The notes under the pieces: model-generated
Database searches by the model: none
Told to the model about the DNA's origin: nothing
The model's input: the letters and a program-made list of their open reading frames with translations, nothing else
Position numbers and translations under genes: made by a program
In this document: positions 19,907 to 29,925 of the stretch, piece by piece
How the letters are laid out: every line of letters begins with the position of its first letter
How positions within the stretch are numbered: the stretch's first letter is position 1
Source of the DNA: Solirubrobacteraceae bacterium
Lineage (GTDB): Bacteria; Actinomycetota; Thermoleophilia; Solirubrobacterales; Solirubrobacteraceae
Reading direction: 5' to 3'
Assembly: GCA_035487855.1 (NCBI GenBank)
Contig: DATHLT010000005.1
Location: 3,338 to 67,337 of the forward strand
DNA length: 64,000 nucleotides

Positions 19907-22900
19907 TTAGCCGGCGGCGGCCGCCGACATGGCAGCAGCGGTGGCGGAGGCGTTCGGGGCAAGCGCCTGTTCGAGCTCGGCCAGCAGCGTCGGCGTGTGG
20001 CCCACGTGGTACTCCTTCGGGAGCAGCAGCAGCCGCGGGCCGGCGCTCGTTTCGATCTCAACACGCACCTCGGCCGGGCCGGGGCAGTCCTCGAGCACCT
20101 GCCTGAAGTCTTCCAGCGAGCTCTGCGATAGGTGAGCGGCAGCGACGCGCAGATGCACTGGACGTGCCAGCGCGGTGGCAGCGCGCGAGGCCGCACGTGC
20201 CTGCGCCTGCGCCTGCTCAATCTCATCCTTCGTCGGTGCAAAGCGCTCGACGCTCTGCACGACCACACAGGTCTTGCCCGCTTCCTTGTGATCGATGCGG
20301 CCCTTCACGATCACCACCTCATCCACCGCCAAAGCGGCCTCATGCTCAGCGAGCGCCTTGCCGAACACCAGTATCTCCACCGCGCCTGCCAGGTCATCGA
20401 GGGTCGCGAACATCATGTGATCACCGTTGCGGGTACGGATGCGCTTGGCCTCGGTGATGATCCCGCCGACCGTCACCCACTCCTTGTCGCGGCGGTCCTG
20501 TAGCGATGAGATTGGGCAATCTACCCGTGCGCGCAGCGCCTCGCGCAGCGGCTTCAGCGGGTGTGCTGAGACGAACAGCCCGATCGCTTCCTTCTCCGCG
20601 GCGAGCAGCGCGGGCTGGTCGAACTCATCCAGCGGAATCGGCGGGTGCACTGGGCGGGCGAGTCCCGCGCCGGGTGACGTCGCACCGGCTGCCAAGTCAG
20701 AAGCATCGCCGCCGACGTCTTCTTGGAGGTCGAAGATCGACCCCTGGCCGATCAGCGCGTCCTGCTGGATCTTCTGGCCGTTGGCCTGCGCCTGCTCGAG
20801 CACTTCCAGCATGCCCTTGCGGGTCGCACCGGTGGAGCCGAAAGCGCCGCACTTGACGAGCGCCTCGATCGCCTTCTTGTTGACCGTGCGGCTGTCGACG
20901 CGCTCGCAGAAATCCCACAGTGAAGTGAATGGATGCCCAGCATCAGGCTGGACCGGCTGCGTCTCGTCGCGTGCCCGTTTGATCGCCTCGACCGCCTGAT
21001 AGCCCACGCCCTTGACCGCGTCCAAGCCGAAGCGAATGCTGCCGAGGCCGCCCTCATCGACAGGCGCACCGACGGTGAACTCGTGGTCGGACAGGTTCAC
21101 GTCCGGCGGCAGAATCTCAATCCCCATCTCCTCGCAGCGCGCCACGAAGAACGGCACCTTGTCCTTCGTCGACATCACCGATGAGATCAGCGCCGCCATG
21201 TACTCGGCGGTGTGGTTGGCCTTCAGCCAGGCGGTGCGGTAGGCGATCAGCCCGTAACAGGCGGCGTGACTCTTGTTGAACGAATAGTCCGCTGACTTTT
21301 CGTTCGTGTTCCATAGGAACTCGATCACATCGGCCTTGGTGCCCGATGCCTTGCAGCCCTCCACGAACTCGGGCTTCAGCGCGGCCATCGCCTGGCGGTT
21401 CTTCTTGCCGATCGCCTTGCGCAGGTCGTCCGCCTTTGCCCCCGAAAAGCCGGCGAGCTCCTTGGAGATCTGCATCGCCTGCTCCTGGTAGAGGATCACA
21501 CCGTTGGAGGACTCGAGGATGTGACGCAAGCGCTCGTCTGGGTAGGCGATCGACTCGGGCTTGTGCTTGCCCTTGGCATACACCGGGATTTGGTCCATCG
21601 CGCCCGGGCGATACAGGGCGTTCAGCGCCACAAGGTCGTTGAACTCGTCCGGGCGCACCTTCTTCAGCGCCTCGCGCATGCCCTCAGACTCAAACTGGAA
21701 CACGCCGATCGAGTCGCCCCGCGCGAGCATCGCATATGTGCGCGCATCATCCAACGGCAGCGTCGTCATATCCGGGCGCTCGCCGCTCGAGCGCTCGATG
21801 ATGTCCAGAGCATCCTCGATCACGTCGAGGTTGCGCAGCCCCAGGAAGTCCATCTTGAGGATGCCGATCTCCTCGATTGGCTTCATCGAGAACTGGGTCA
21901 CCGTGCGGAACACCCGCTCGCCGTTCTCGTCGGTGCCCGCGTCGGCTAGCTGTAGCGGCACGATGTCCGTCAGCGGCCGGTCGGCGATCACCACCGCGGC
22001 GGCGTGGATCGACGAGTTGCGCACGATCCCCTCGAGGCCCTGAGCGACATCGATGATCTGCTTGGCGACGGGTTCCTCATCGCATGCCTTGCGCAGCGGC
22101 TGGCCGGCTTTCAGGCATTCCTCAAAGGAGGGTGAGCGGCCCATGATCGGATCAGGGATCAGCTTCGCCAAGCGATCGCCAGCGCCATAGTCATAGCCCA
22201 GCACCCTTGCCGCATCACGGGTGGCCGCACGCGGGAACATCTTGCCGAAGGTGACGATCTGCGCGACCGACTCGCGACCGTACTTCTCGGTCACATATTT
22301 CATGACTCGCTCGCGTCCACGCACCGAGAAATCGATGTCGATATCAGGCATCGACACGCGCTCGGGGTTCAGGAAGCGCTCGAACAGCAGGTCGTACTCC
22401 AACGGATCGACATCGGTGATCGCCAGGCAGTAGGACACGATCGAGCCAGCCGCCGAGCCACGTCCCGGACCCACGGCAATGCCGTTCTCCTTGGCGAACT
22501 TGACGAAGTCCCAGACGATCAGGAAATAGGCGTTGAAGCCCATCCGGTCGATCACGTCGAGCTCCATCTCCATCCGCTCCATCGCCGCGGCCGACGGCGG
22601 GTCGCCGTAGCGCAGGCTGAGGCCCTCGAGCACCCGCTCGCGCAGGTACTCGCGCTCGCTCAAGCCCGTGGGCGTCTGATAGCTCGGGATCAGCTGCTTG
22701 CCCAGCTCGATCTCCACCGAGCAGCGCTCGGCGATCTCCAGCGTGCTGGCGATCGCCTCCGGCCACTCCGCGAACTTGCTCGCCATCTCCTCGCTGTCGC
22801 GCAGGTAGAACTCGTTCGTGTCGAACGTCATCTTCGGCGCGGCGATCGTGCTCTTGGTCTGCACACACAAAAGCGCCGTGTGGTGTTCGTAGTCCTCACG

Positions 22901-23539
22901 GCGCAGGTAGTGAACATCACCGGTGCCTACGAGGCTGCCGCCCAGCTCACGAGCGATCTTGACGATTCCCTCGTTGCACTTGTCCTGGGGGACCAGGCCG
23001 TTCTTCTGCACCTCGAAGTACAAGTTCTCCGGGCCGAAGATCCCACGCAGGTCCTCCGCGTGGGCACGCGCCTCGACGTCGCGATCCTCGAGCAGCCGCT
23101 GGCAAAAGCGCGAGGCCAGACAGCCGGTCAGCGCGATCACGCCCTCGGAGTAGCGCTCAACCTGGCCGAGGTCCACGGTCGGCTTGCCTCGTTGCAGACC
23201 CTCCAGGAAACCCGCCGATGAGAGCTTTACGAGGTTGCGATAACCCGCGTCGTTGGCCGCCAGCAGGGTCAGGTGGTTGCGCTCCATCTTCGTGCCCGCC
23301 GCCGCCCCGACATGATCGTCCACGAGATAGATCTCACAGCCGATGATTGGCTTGACGTCGTGCTTCTTGCACGCCTTGTACATCTCCACCGCGCCGTTCA
23401 TCACGCCGTGGTCGGTAAGGCTCAGCGCCGGCTGACCGAACTTCGCGGCGCGCTCGGCAAGCGCTTCGATCTTGCACGCGCCGTCGAGCAACGAGTACTC
23501 GGAGTGGACGTGGAGGTGGGCGCAACAGGGGCTACTCAC
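19907..23539 (-). CDS. dnaE: DNA polymerase III alpha subunit
   Basis: HLHVHSEYSLLDG (PHP domain), GPGRGSAAGS, MPDIDIDF, KMDFLGL, FNKSHA; OB fold; no intein-sized insertion. Confidence 0.98.
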   Translation of the reverse strand: MSSPCCAHLHVHSEYSLLDGACKIEALAERAAKFGQPALSLTDHGVMNGAVEMYKACKKHDVKPIIGCEIYLVDDHVGAAAGTKMERNHLTLLAANDAGYRNLVKLSSAGFLEGLQRGKPTVDLGQVERYSEGVIALTGCLASRFCQRLLEDRDVEARAHAEDLRGIFGPENLYFEVQKNGLVPQDKCNEGIVKIARELGGSLVGTGDVHYLRREDYEHHTALLCVQTKSTIAAPKMTFDTNEFYLRDSEEMASKFAEWPEAIASTLEIAERCSVEIELGKQLIPSYQTPTGLSEREYLRERVLEGLSLRYGDPPSAAAMERMEMELDVIDRMGFNAYFLIVWDFVKFAKENGIAVGPGRGSAAGSIVSYCLAITDVDPLEYDLLFERFLNPERVSMPDIDIDFSVRGRERVMKYVTEKYGRESVAQIVTFGKMFPRAATRDAARVLGYDYGAGDRLAKLIPDPIMGRSPSFEECLKAGQPLRKACDEEPVAKQIIDVAQGLEGIVRNSSIHAAAVVIADRPLTDIVPLQLADAGTDENGERVFRTVTQFSMKPIEEIGILKMDFLGLRNLDVIEDALDIIERSSGERPDMTTLPLDDARTYAMLARGDSIGVFQFESEGMREALKKVRPDEFNDLVALNALYRPGAMDQIPVYAKGKHKPESIAYPDERLRHILESSNGVILYQEQAMQISKELAGFSGAKADDLRKAIGKKNRQAMAALKPEFVEGCKASGTKADVIEFLWNTNEKSADYSFNKSHAACYGLIAYRTAWLKANHTAEYMAALISSVMSTKDKVPFFVARCEEMGIEILPPDVNLSDHEFTVGAPVDEGGLGSIRFGLDAVKGVGYQAVEAIKRARDETQPVQPDAGHPFTSLWDFCERVDSRTVNKKAIEALVKCGAFGSTGATRKGMLEVLEQAQANGQKIQQDALIGQGSIFDLQEDVGGDASDLAAGATSPGAGLARPVHPPIPLDEFDQPALLAAEKEAIGLFVSAHPLKPLREALRARVDCPISSLQDRRDKEWVTVGGIITEAKRIRTRNGDHMMFATLDDLAGAVEILVFGKALAEHEAALAVDEVVIVKGRIDHKEAGKTCVVVQSVERFAPTKDEIEQAQAQARAASRAATALARPVHLRVAAAHLSQSSLEDFRQVLEDCPGPAEVRVEIETSAGPRLLLLPKEYHVGHTPTLLAELEQALAPNASATAAAMSAAAAG

Positions 23540-23574
23540 GGGGTCCTCATGCTAGGCGTCCGAGCGGCGGAGGA

Positions 23575-24624
23575 TCAGAGCCCGCGCCGCTGTTTGCGTC
23601 TTATCCGCTGGCGTTTGATCCACGACATGCTGTGCTTGTGCGTGGCGCGCGCGACCGGCGCCTGCGCTGGGTGCTCAACGACCGGCGCGAACCGCTCGGG
23701 CTCATCCGCCGAAGCTTGTGCCAGCGGCTTGGCCAGCGAGGTCGACTCCCCCGCGAGCGTTTCCGACAAAGCCGGCACGGCCTCGGCGCGAGCCCGCAGG
23801 CGCTCGACGGCCGCCGCCAACGCGTCCGCCATCTCGGCACCTCGCTGCTCTGCCGCCAACGGCTCTGCGGACGCATCTTCGTCGCTGTCGCGGGCCAACG
23901 CGGAGCTCGCACGCGTGACGATGCCCTTGATCTCTGCGACCAGCCCTTCCATCCTCCCGTGGCCCTCGCGCATGCTTTCCAGCAAACGCTCGGAGCGCCC
24001 GCGTGCGGCGCGCTCGTCGCGCAAGCCGCTTTCGATCTCGGCCGCCCGGCGCTCCAGCTCGGCGATGCGCTCCTGCAGGCTCTGCTCGGCGATCGATCGC
24101 ACCTCAGCGCGCACCGCCGCTCGTTCGGCCGCCGCGGCCTGCTCAGTCTCTGCCAGCTGACGCTGCACGCCATCCAAGCGCCGTACAAGCTCGCGCGCAT
24201 CGTGCTCACTCGCGCTCAGCCGGTCGCTGAGCAGCTCGATCTCCACACGGCTGTCGCGATCGGCCTGCAGCAGCCGGTCCTCAGCCTCGACCCGCAGCTG
24301 CTGCTCGGCATACTCGCGCTGCTTGACGCGCCGCAGCTCATGCTCGCGCTCGAGTGCTGCCGCGCGCTCGGCCTCGACCAGCTCGCTCACGCGCGCATGC
24401 TCATCCTCGGCCTCGATCAGACGTTGCTGCAGGCTTGCCACGTGACGTTCGAGTGTCTGCACCGTGGCTTCGGCGGCCTCAGCCCGACGCGTGAGCGCGA
24501 TCTCGCCACTCTCGGCTGCCCGCCGCGCGCGGCGTTCTGCGAGCAGATCGCCCTCGCTACGACGTCCGCGACCCTCGGGGCCTATGCCCTGTTCTCCGCT
24601 TGGCGTCTCGCTCCCCTCGGCCAT
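23575..24624 (-). CDS. Hypothetical long coiled-coil protein with polybasic C-terminus
   Basis: E/R/A/L heptad-rich over about 250 aa; ends HKHSMSWIKRQRIRRKQRRGL. Confidence 0.7.
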   Translation of the reverse strand: MAEGSETPSGEQGIGPEGRGRRSEGDLLAERRARRAAESGEIALTRRAEAAEATVQTLERHVASLQQRLIEAEDEHARVSELVEAERAAALEREHELRRVKQREYAEQQLRVEAEDRLLQADRDSRVEIELLSDRLSASEHDARELVRRLDGVQRQLAETEQAAAAERAAVRAEVRSIAEQSLQERIAELERRAAEIESGLRDERAARGRSERLLESMREGHGRMEGLVAEIKGIVTRASSALARDSDEDASAEPLAAEQRGAEMADALAAAVERLRARAEAVPALSETLAGESTSLAKPLAQASADEPERFAPVVEHPAQAPVARATHKHSMSWIKRQRIRRKQRRGL

Positions 24625-24668
24625 CAACTTGCCTGGGAACTTAGATGGCACGCCGGACGACGCCGACT

Positions 24669-24833
24669 TCAGGACGCCAGGCGTTTGGCGGCCAGCGCCG
24701 CGGCTGTCAGCATGCCGACCGCGGCTACTGTGCCGACGGCGAGCTTGCGTGCGGAACGCACGTGTTTACGCAGATACCACTTGCCGCCCTGCCACACAAC
24801 GAAGCCCACGAGCTTGTAACGAGTGCCGTTCAT
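24669..24833 (-). CDS. Small 54-aa basic/hydrophobic protein (not in the ORF track)
   Basis: MNGTRYKLVGFVVWQGGKWYLRKHVRSARKLAVGTVAAVGMLTAAALAAKRLAS; fills the argG-to-coiled-coil gap on the same strand. Confidence 0.6.
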   Translation of the reverse strand: MNGTRYKLVGFVVWQGGKWYLRKHVRSARKLAVGTVAAVGMLTAAALAAKRLAS

Positions 24834-24856
24834 TGCAGCCACTCTACCCGCCGCGG

Positions 24857-26134
24857 CTACTCGTTACGCAAGCGCCACGCCATGCGCGACTGCAGCGACC
24901 ACAGCTCGATGAAACCGGGCGAGGCCGTCTGTGAGAACAGACCGCCCGACTCCGCGAACGACGCGAGGCTGGCGTCATACACGGCGTTCGGCGAGGAGCG
25001 GGTGACGACGCGCACGTGGCCCTTGTAGAGCTTCAGGCCGATCGAGCCCGTGACCCGCTCGTTGACCTCGTTCATGTACGCATCCAGGTCGCTGCGCAGT
25101 GGCTCCCACCACAGGCCCGCGTAAATCAGGTAGCCCCATTGCCGATCCAGGTCGCCCTTGAACTGGTTCTGGTGGATCGTGCACACCAGCCGCTCGAGCT
25201 CCTTGTGGGCGGGCAGGATCAACGCAGCCGCCGGCGCCTCGTAGATGTCTCGCACCTTCAGCCCCACGATGCGATCCTCGATGTGATCGAGGATCCCAAC
25301 GCCGTGGCGCGCACCGATCTCAGCCGCCGCTTCGATCAACTCGACCAGGCCCAAACGCTCGCCGTCGAGCGCCACGGGAACTCCTCTATCAAAATCGATC
25401 TTGACCGTCTGCGGCTCGTCCGGCGCGAGCTCCGGGCGTGTGACGAGCTGAAAGACGTCGTCGTCGGGAGCGTGCTCGAGATCCTCAATCCAGCGGCCCT
25501 CCGAGGAGCGACCCCAGAGGTTGTCGTCGATTGAGTACGGGGCTTGAGCCTCGGTGCCCTGGGTTGGGTGGGACTTAATCGGAATACCGTGCTCGCGCGC
25601 GTAGGCGATCTCCTCCTCGCGGCCCATCTGCCACGAGCGCACCGGCGCGATCACCTTCAGCTCTGGCGCCAGCGTGGCGATCGTCGCCTCGATCCGTACC
25701 TGGTCGTTGCCCTTGCCCGTGCAGCCGTGGGCAATCGTGTCGCAGTTCGTTTTGCGTGCGTACTCGACCGCAAGCTTGGCGATCAAAGGGCGTCCGAGCG
25801 AGGTGAACAGCGGATAGCCGTCTCCGTAGACGGCGTTCGCCTTGATCGCCGGCACCAGGTACTCCTGCGCGAACTGCTCGCGGGCGTCCACCACATGGCA
25901 CTCCAGCGCCCCCAGCTGTATCGCCTTGCCTTCGATCACCGCATAGTCCTCACCGGGCTGGCCCAGGTTGACGGTCAGGCACACGACCTCAGCTTCGTAG
26001 GAGTCCTGGATCCACTTCAGCATCACGCTCGTGTCAAGGCCGCCCGAGTACAGCAGCAGCACACGGTGCACCTGCTCGGGGTCAGCCTCGTAGGAGGCAG
26101 TGCGGGTCGTTGGGATCTGCTCTCTGGCACTCAT
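24857..26134 (-). CDS. argG: Argininosuccinate synthase
   Basis: LLYSGGLDTS, HGCTGKGNDQVR, YSIDDNLWGRS, EDRIVGLKVRDIYE. Confidence 0.96.
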   Translation of the reverse strand: MSAREQIPTTRTASYEADPEQVHRVLLLYSGGLDTSVMLKWIQDSYEAEVVCLTVNLGQPGEDYAVIEGKAIQLGALECHVVDAREQFAQEYLVPAIKANAVYGDGYPLFTSLGRPLIAKLAVEYARKTNCDTIAHGCTGKGNDQVRIEATIATLAPELKVIAPVRSWQMGREEEIAYAREHGIPIKSHPTQGTEAQAPYSIDDNLWGRSSEGRWIEDLEHAPDDDVFQLVTRPELAPDEPQTVKIDFDRGVPVALDGERLGLVELIEAAAEIGARHGVGILDHIEDRIVGLKVRDIYEAPAAALILPAHKELERLVCTIHQNQFKGDLDRQWGYLIYAGLWWEPLRSDLDAYMNEVNERVTGSIGLKLYKGHVRVVTRSSPNAVYDASLASFAESGGLFSQTASPGFIELWSLQSRMAWRLRNE

Positions 26135-26580
26135 GGGCGGGCATCGTATCCACGCCCGCGTTCCATCAACGGGTAGGTGGGCAGTCCTTCAGCGAAACCA
26201 AGCTTCTTGTAGAGCCCCTGAGCGTCTGCTGTGTGCAGCAGCCAGCGCACGTTTGCGGCGTCAGCGCCGGTCGCCCCCTCGATCATCTCGCGCACCAGCT
26301 CCAGGCCGAGTCCGCGGCCGCGATAGGCCGGGAGCACATACACATCAGCCAGATAGCCCACCGTCACGCCATCGGACACCGCCCGCGCGAAGCCCACCTG
26401 CTCGGCTCGATGGTAGAGACCCATCACCCGTGTGGAGCCGTCGATCGTCTGCTGCACGCGCTCGCGCGTACGTCCGCGCCCCCAGTAAGACTCGCGGCTG
26501 ATGAACGCTTGCACCGCGTCCACGTCGATCCTGTCCCGGTCATCGTCGAGCTCAAAGCCGCCCGCAAGCTCGCGCCGCAC
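26131..26580 (-). CDS. GNAT-family N-acetyltransferase
   Basis: QVGFARAVSD, YLADVYVLPAYRGRGLG, LYKKLGF; overlaps the argG start. Confidence 0.88.
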   Translation of the reverse strand: MRRELAGGFELDDDRDRIDVDAVQAFISRESYWGRGRTRERVQQTIDGSTRVMGLYHRAEQVGFARAVSDGVTVGYLADVYVLPAYRGRGLGLELVREMIEGATGADAANVRWLLHTADAQGLYKKLGFAEGLPTYPLMERGRGYDARP

Positions 26581-26584
26581 CCGC

Positions 26585-27742
26585 TCACTCCCCCAGCGCG
26601 CCCGCCAGCCGAGTGAGCGCCTCGTCGACCTCAGCCTCAGCGATCGTCAGAGGCGGTAGTAGGCGCAGCGTGCTCGCGCCGGTGGCGTTGATGATCAGGC
26701 GCTGCTCGAGCAGCGCCCGGCGGACAACCTGCGGGGCGTTGATGTCAAGCTCGCACGCCAGCATCAACCCGCGGCCGCGCACAGCCGTAACGTGCGGCAG
26801 CCGTGCGAGGCCATCTCGCAAGAGCTCCCCCAGCTCTCGCACCCGGCTAAGCAATTTCTCATCCGCGGTCAGCTCGAGCGCCGCGAGCGCCGCGCTTGCC
26901 ACTACCGGGCCACCGGCGAAGGTCGAGCCATGATCGCCAGGCACGAGCACGTCCGCCAAACGCGGACCCGTGACGAGCGCCCCGATCGGCATGCCGCCGC
27001 CGAGCGCCTTGGCGACGGTCATCGCGTCGGGCACAACACCCAGCGACTCGTAGGCCCACAGCGACCCCGTGCGACCCATCCCGCATTGGATTTCATCAAA
27101 GATCAACGCCGCGTTGTGCTCATCGCACGCCTCGCGTGCCGCCTGAAGTAGCTCAGTGGCGAGCACGTGCACGCCGGTCTCACCTTGGATCGGCTCGATC
27201 ATCACTGCCGCCGTGTTCGCATCGACCGCGGCGCGTAGCTCGCTGGGGTCTGGCGCCACCGGGCGAAAGCCGGGTACCAGCGGCGCAAACGGCGCCTGCT
27301 TTGCCTCCTGTGGGGTCGCCGACAGGGCGCCGTAAGTGCGACCGTGGAAGGCGCCGTGTACGACCACCACATCCCCGCCCGCCCGCGCCTTGCGCGCGAG
27401 CTTGATCGCTGCCTCGTTCGCCTCCGCACCGGAGTTGCAAAAGAACACCTTGCCGCCCAGGCTCGACTGCGACAGGCGCTCGGCCAGGCGCATCGCCGGC
27501 TCGGTGTAGAAAAGGTTGCTCGCGTGCATTAGCTGACCCACCTGCTCGCGCACGGCCGCCACCACGAGCGGATGGCAGTGCCCCAGGCTCGTCACCGCGA
27601 TGCCGCACAGGAAGTCGAGGTACTCGTTGCCATCCACGTCCCACAGCCGCGCGCCCTCGCCCCGCACCAGCTCCACCGGCAGGCGGGCGTAGGAGTGGAT
27701 CACACTCGTGCGCTCGAGCTCCTGTAGCTCCGCCAGGCTCAC
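26585..27742 (-). CDS. argD: Acetylornithine aminotransferase
   Basis: FFCNSGAEANEAAIK, FHGRTYG, EPIQGETG, DEIQCGMGRTG, AKALGGG. Confidence 0.94.
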   Translation of the reverse strand: MSLAELQELERTSVIHSYARLPVELVRGEGARLWDVDGNEYLDFLCGIAVTSLGHCHPLVVAAVREQVGQLMHASNLFYTEPAMRLAERLSQSSLGGKVFFCNSGAEANEAAIKLARKARAGGDVVVVHGAFHGRTYGALSATPQEAKQAPFAPLVPGFRPVAPDPSELRAAVDANTAAVMIEPIQGETGVHVLATELLQAAREACDEHNAALIFDEIQCGMGRTGSLWAYESLGVVPDAMTVAKALGGGMPIGALVTGPRLADVLVPGDHGSTFAGGPVVASAALAALELTADEKLLSRVRELGELLRDGLARLPHVTAVRGRGLMLACELDINAPQVVRRALLEQRLIINATGASTLRLLPPLTIAEAEVDEALTRLAGALGE

Positions 27743-27761
27743 GCGGCACACCCGCACACGT

Positions 27762-28610
27762 TCATGGCGCCGCCTCGATCTTGGTCCCAATGCCGGCATC
27801 CGTAAAGAGCTCCAGTAGCAGCGAATGAGCGATCCTGCCGTCGAGGATGTGTGCGGCGCTGACGCCGTCATCGATCGCCGCCACGCACGCCTCCAGCTTG
27901 GGGCGCATACCTCCGTCGAGCTGGGCGAGCGTCTGCCTGACGTGCTCGGCACTCGCCTGCCTGATCAGGGTGTCCGGGTCGCTGGGATCGTCGAGCCAGC
28001 CTGCTACATCCGTCAGGAACACGACCTTGTAAGCGCCAAGCGCACCCGCAACCGCACCTGCCGCCTCGTCGGCGTTGATGTTGTAGGAGTTGCCCTCGCG
28101 GTCGGCACCTACGGAGGCGATCACCGGGATGTACGTGCTCGAGATGTGCTCAATCACGCCGATGTTCACGCGCTTGATGCGCCCCACGAAGCCGATGTCC
28201 TCGCCGCCGGGGGCCGCTCGCCGTTCGACATAAAACAGCGAGCCGTCATCGCCGCAAAGCCCCACCGCGGGTTGGCCATGGCGGTTGACGCGTAGCACGA
28301 TCTCCTTGTTGACCTTGCCGACCAGCACCATCTTCGCGACCTCCACGGTCTCCTCATTGGAGACGCGCAGTCCGCCGACGAACTCCACGGGGAGGCCGAG
28401 GCGCTCCATGTAGCCGGTGATCTCCGGGCCGCCGCCGTGCACCACGATCGGGTTCAACCCGACGTACTTCAGCAGCACCACATCACGGGCAAACTCCTCA
28501 CGCAGCTGCGGATCCTCCATCGCCGCGCCGCCGTACTTGATAACCACCGTCTTGCTGTGGAACTCCCTGATGTACGGGAGCGCCTCGAGCAGCGTGCCTA
28601 CGTCCCGCAT
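27762..28610 (-). CDS. argB: Acetylglutamate kinase
   Basis: VIKYGGAAM, VHGGGP, NINADEAA, GGMRPK, LLELFTDAGIGT. Confidence 0.96.
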   Translation of the reverse strand: MRDVGTLLEALPYIREFHSKTVVIKYGGAAMEDPQLREEFARDVVLLKYVGLNPIVVHGGGPEITGYMERLGLPVEFVGGLRVSNEETVEVAKMVLVGKVNKEIVLRVNRHGQPAVGLCGDDGSLFYVERRAAPGGEDIGFVGRIKRVNIGVIEHISSTYIPVIASVGADREGNSYNINADEAAGAVAGALGAYKVVFLTDVAGWLDDPSDPDTLIRQASAEHVRQTLAQLDGGMRPKLEACVAAIDDGVSAAHILDGRIAHSLLLELFTDAGIGTKIEAAP

Positions 28611-28620
28611 CCCTGCCCCC

Positions 28621-29925
28621 TCATGTGTGGTAATCCGCATTCACCGTTACGTACTCATGCGACAGATCGGAGAAGAAGACCTCTGTCTCCGCACCATCGC
28701 CTGGGAGACCGATCTCGTATTCCACTTCGTTCGCCTGCAAGGCGCTAACCAGCGCGTCCTCGTCATAGGAGATGGCGACGCCCGCCGAGCAGACGTGGAT
28801 GCCCTCGAGCGTGAGGTCGACGGCAAGCGGCGTCGGATAGCCATCTCTACCGCCGAGGGCGCCTCCCACGGATTGGATGATCCTTCCCCAGTTGGGGTCG
28901 CCGCTGTGAAGCGCCGCCTTGACCAGCGGCGAGTTGGCGACCGCACGCGCCGTCGCCTCTGCGCCGTCGAGCTCGCCGCCCCGCACGACCACCCGCGCGA
29001 TCCGAGCCGCGCCCTCGCCGTCGGCGACCATCATGATCGCCAGCTGACGCAGCAGCGCATCGAGTGCCTCGCCGAGCAGCAGCTCGTCCTCGCTCTGAGG
29101 CGCGACGGTGACGCCGCTGGCGCCCGAGGCCATGAAGATCGCCGTGTCGTTGGTCGAGAGCTGACCGTCGACTGACGCGCGGTCAAAGGAGCGCTTGACG
29201 CATACCCCGAACAGCAGGTCTGCCGTCTCGGCGCTGAGCGCAGCGTCGGTCTGCACGAAGCAGAACATCGTGGCGAAGCGCGGGGAGATCATGCCCGCGC
29301 CCTTGCACTGAGCGCTCAACCTAACTGTGCCGGACGGCAGCTGGACCTCGAGGTTGGCGCGCTTCTCGAACGCGTCTGTCGTTTGGATTGCCTTTTGCAG
29401 GTCGGTGTCGCCCTCGCGGCGCAGCTGTTTGCTCGCAGCCAGGGTGCCCTTCACGATCAAGCCGACCGGCAGGTAGTCGCTGATGCCCCCGGTCGAGGCC
29501 ACCGCCACCGCTGACGGATCGACCCCCACCGCAGCGGCTGCTGCGCCCTGCGTCTTGGCGGCATCTTCGAGGCCGCGCTTGCCGGTGGCGGCGTTCGCGC
29601 ACCCCGAGTTGGCGAGGATCACACGCAGGGCATCGAGCTGACAGCGCTCCTTGGTGAGCAGGACCGGCGCGGCGGGAACCGCGGTGGCGGTGAAGCGCGC
29701 GGCGCTGACCGGTGTCTCAGTGTCACATACGAGGATCCCCAGGTCGGGGTTGCCGCTGGGCTTGATTCCACATGTCACGCCCGCCGCGCGGAAGCCACCA
29801 GGGAGCCCCGAGTCCGGCGCGAGTTCATGCACATGCACCGGCGCTGGGACCCAGCGCGAGCGGAAGAAGGGCGTGGGCGGCCCGTCGGAGTCCCGGTCGC
29901 CGAACACGTCTTTGCCGGCGCTCAC
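28621..29925 (-). CDS. argJ: Ornithine acetyltransferase / N-acetylglutamate synthase
   Basis: NSGCANAATG, KGAGMISPRFAT, STNDT, NSPLVKAA, DPNWGR, NADYHT; GTG start overlaps the argC stop. Confidence 0.94.
   Translation of the reverse strand: MSAGKDVFGDRDSDGPPTPFFRSRWVPAPVHVHELAPDSGLPGGFRAAGVTCGIKPSGNPDLGILVCDTETPVSAARFTATAVPAAPVLLTKERCQLDALRVILANSGCANAATGKRGLEDAAKTQGAAAAAVGVDPSAVAVASTGGISDYLPVGLIVKGTLAASKQLRREGDTDLQKAIQTTDAFEKRANLEVQLPSGTVRLSAQCKGAGMISPRFATMFCFVQTDAALSAETADLLFGVCVKRSFDRASVDGQLSTNDTAIFMASGASGVTVAPQSEDELLLGEALDALLRQLAIMMVADGEGAARIARVVVRGGELDGAEATARAVANSPLVKAALHSGDPNWGRIIQSVGGALGGRDGYPTPLAVDLTLEGIHVCSAGVAISYDEDALVSALQANEVEYEIGLPGDGAETEVFFSDLSHEYVTVNADYHT

Noticed and set aside
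19907-23539. Intein in DnaE
   Set aside because: Length and motif spacing are normal; no C/S...HN splice motifs or LAGLIDADG block.
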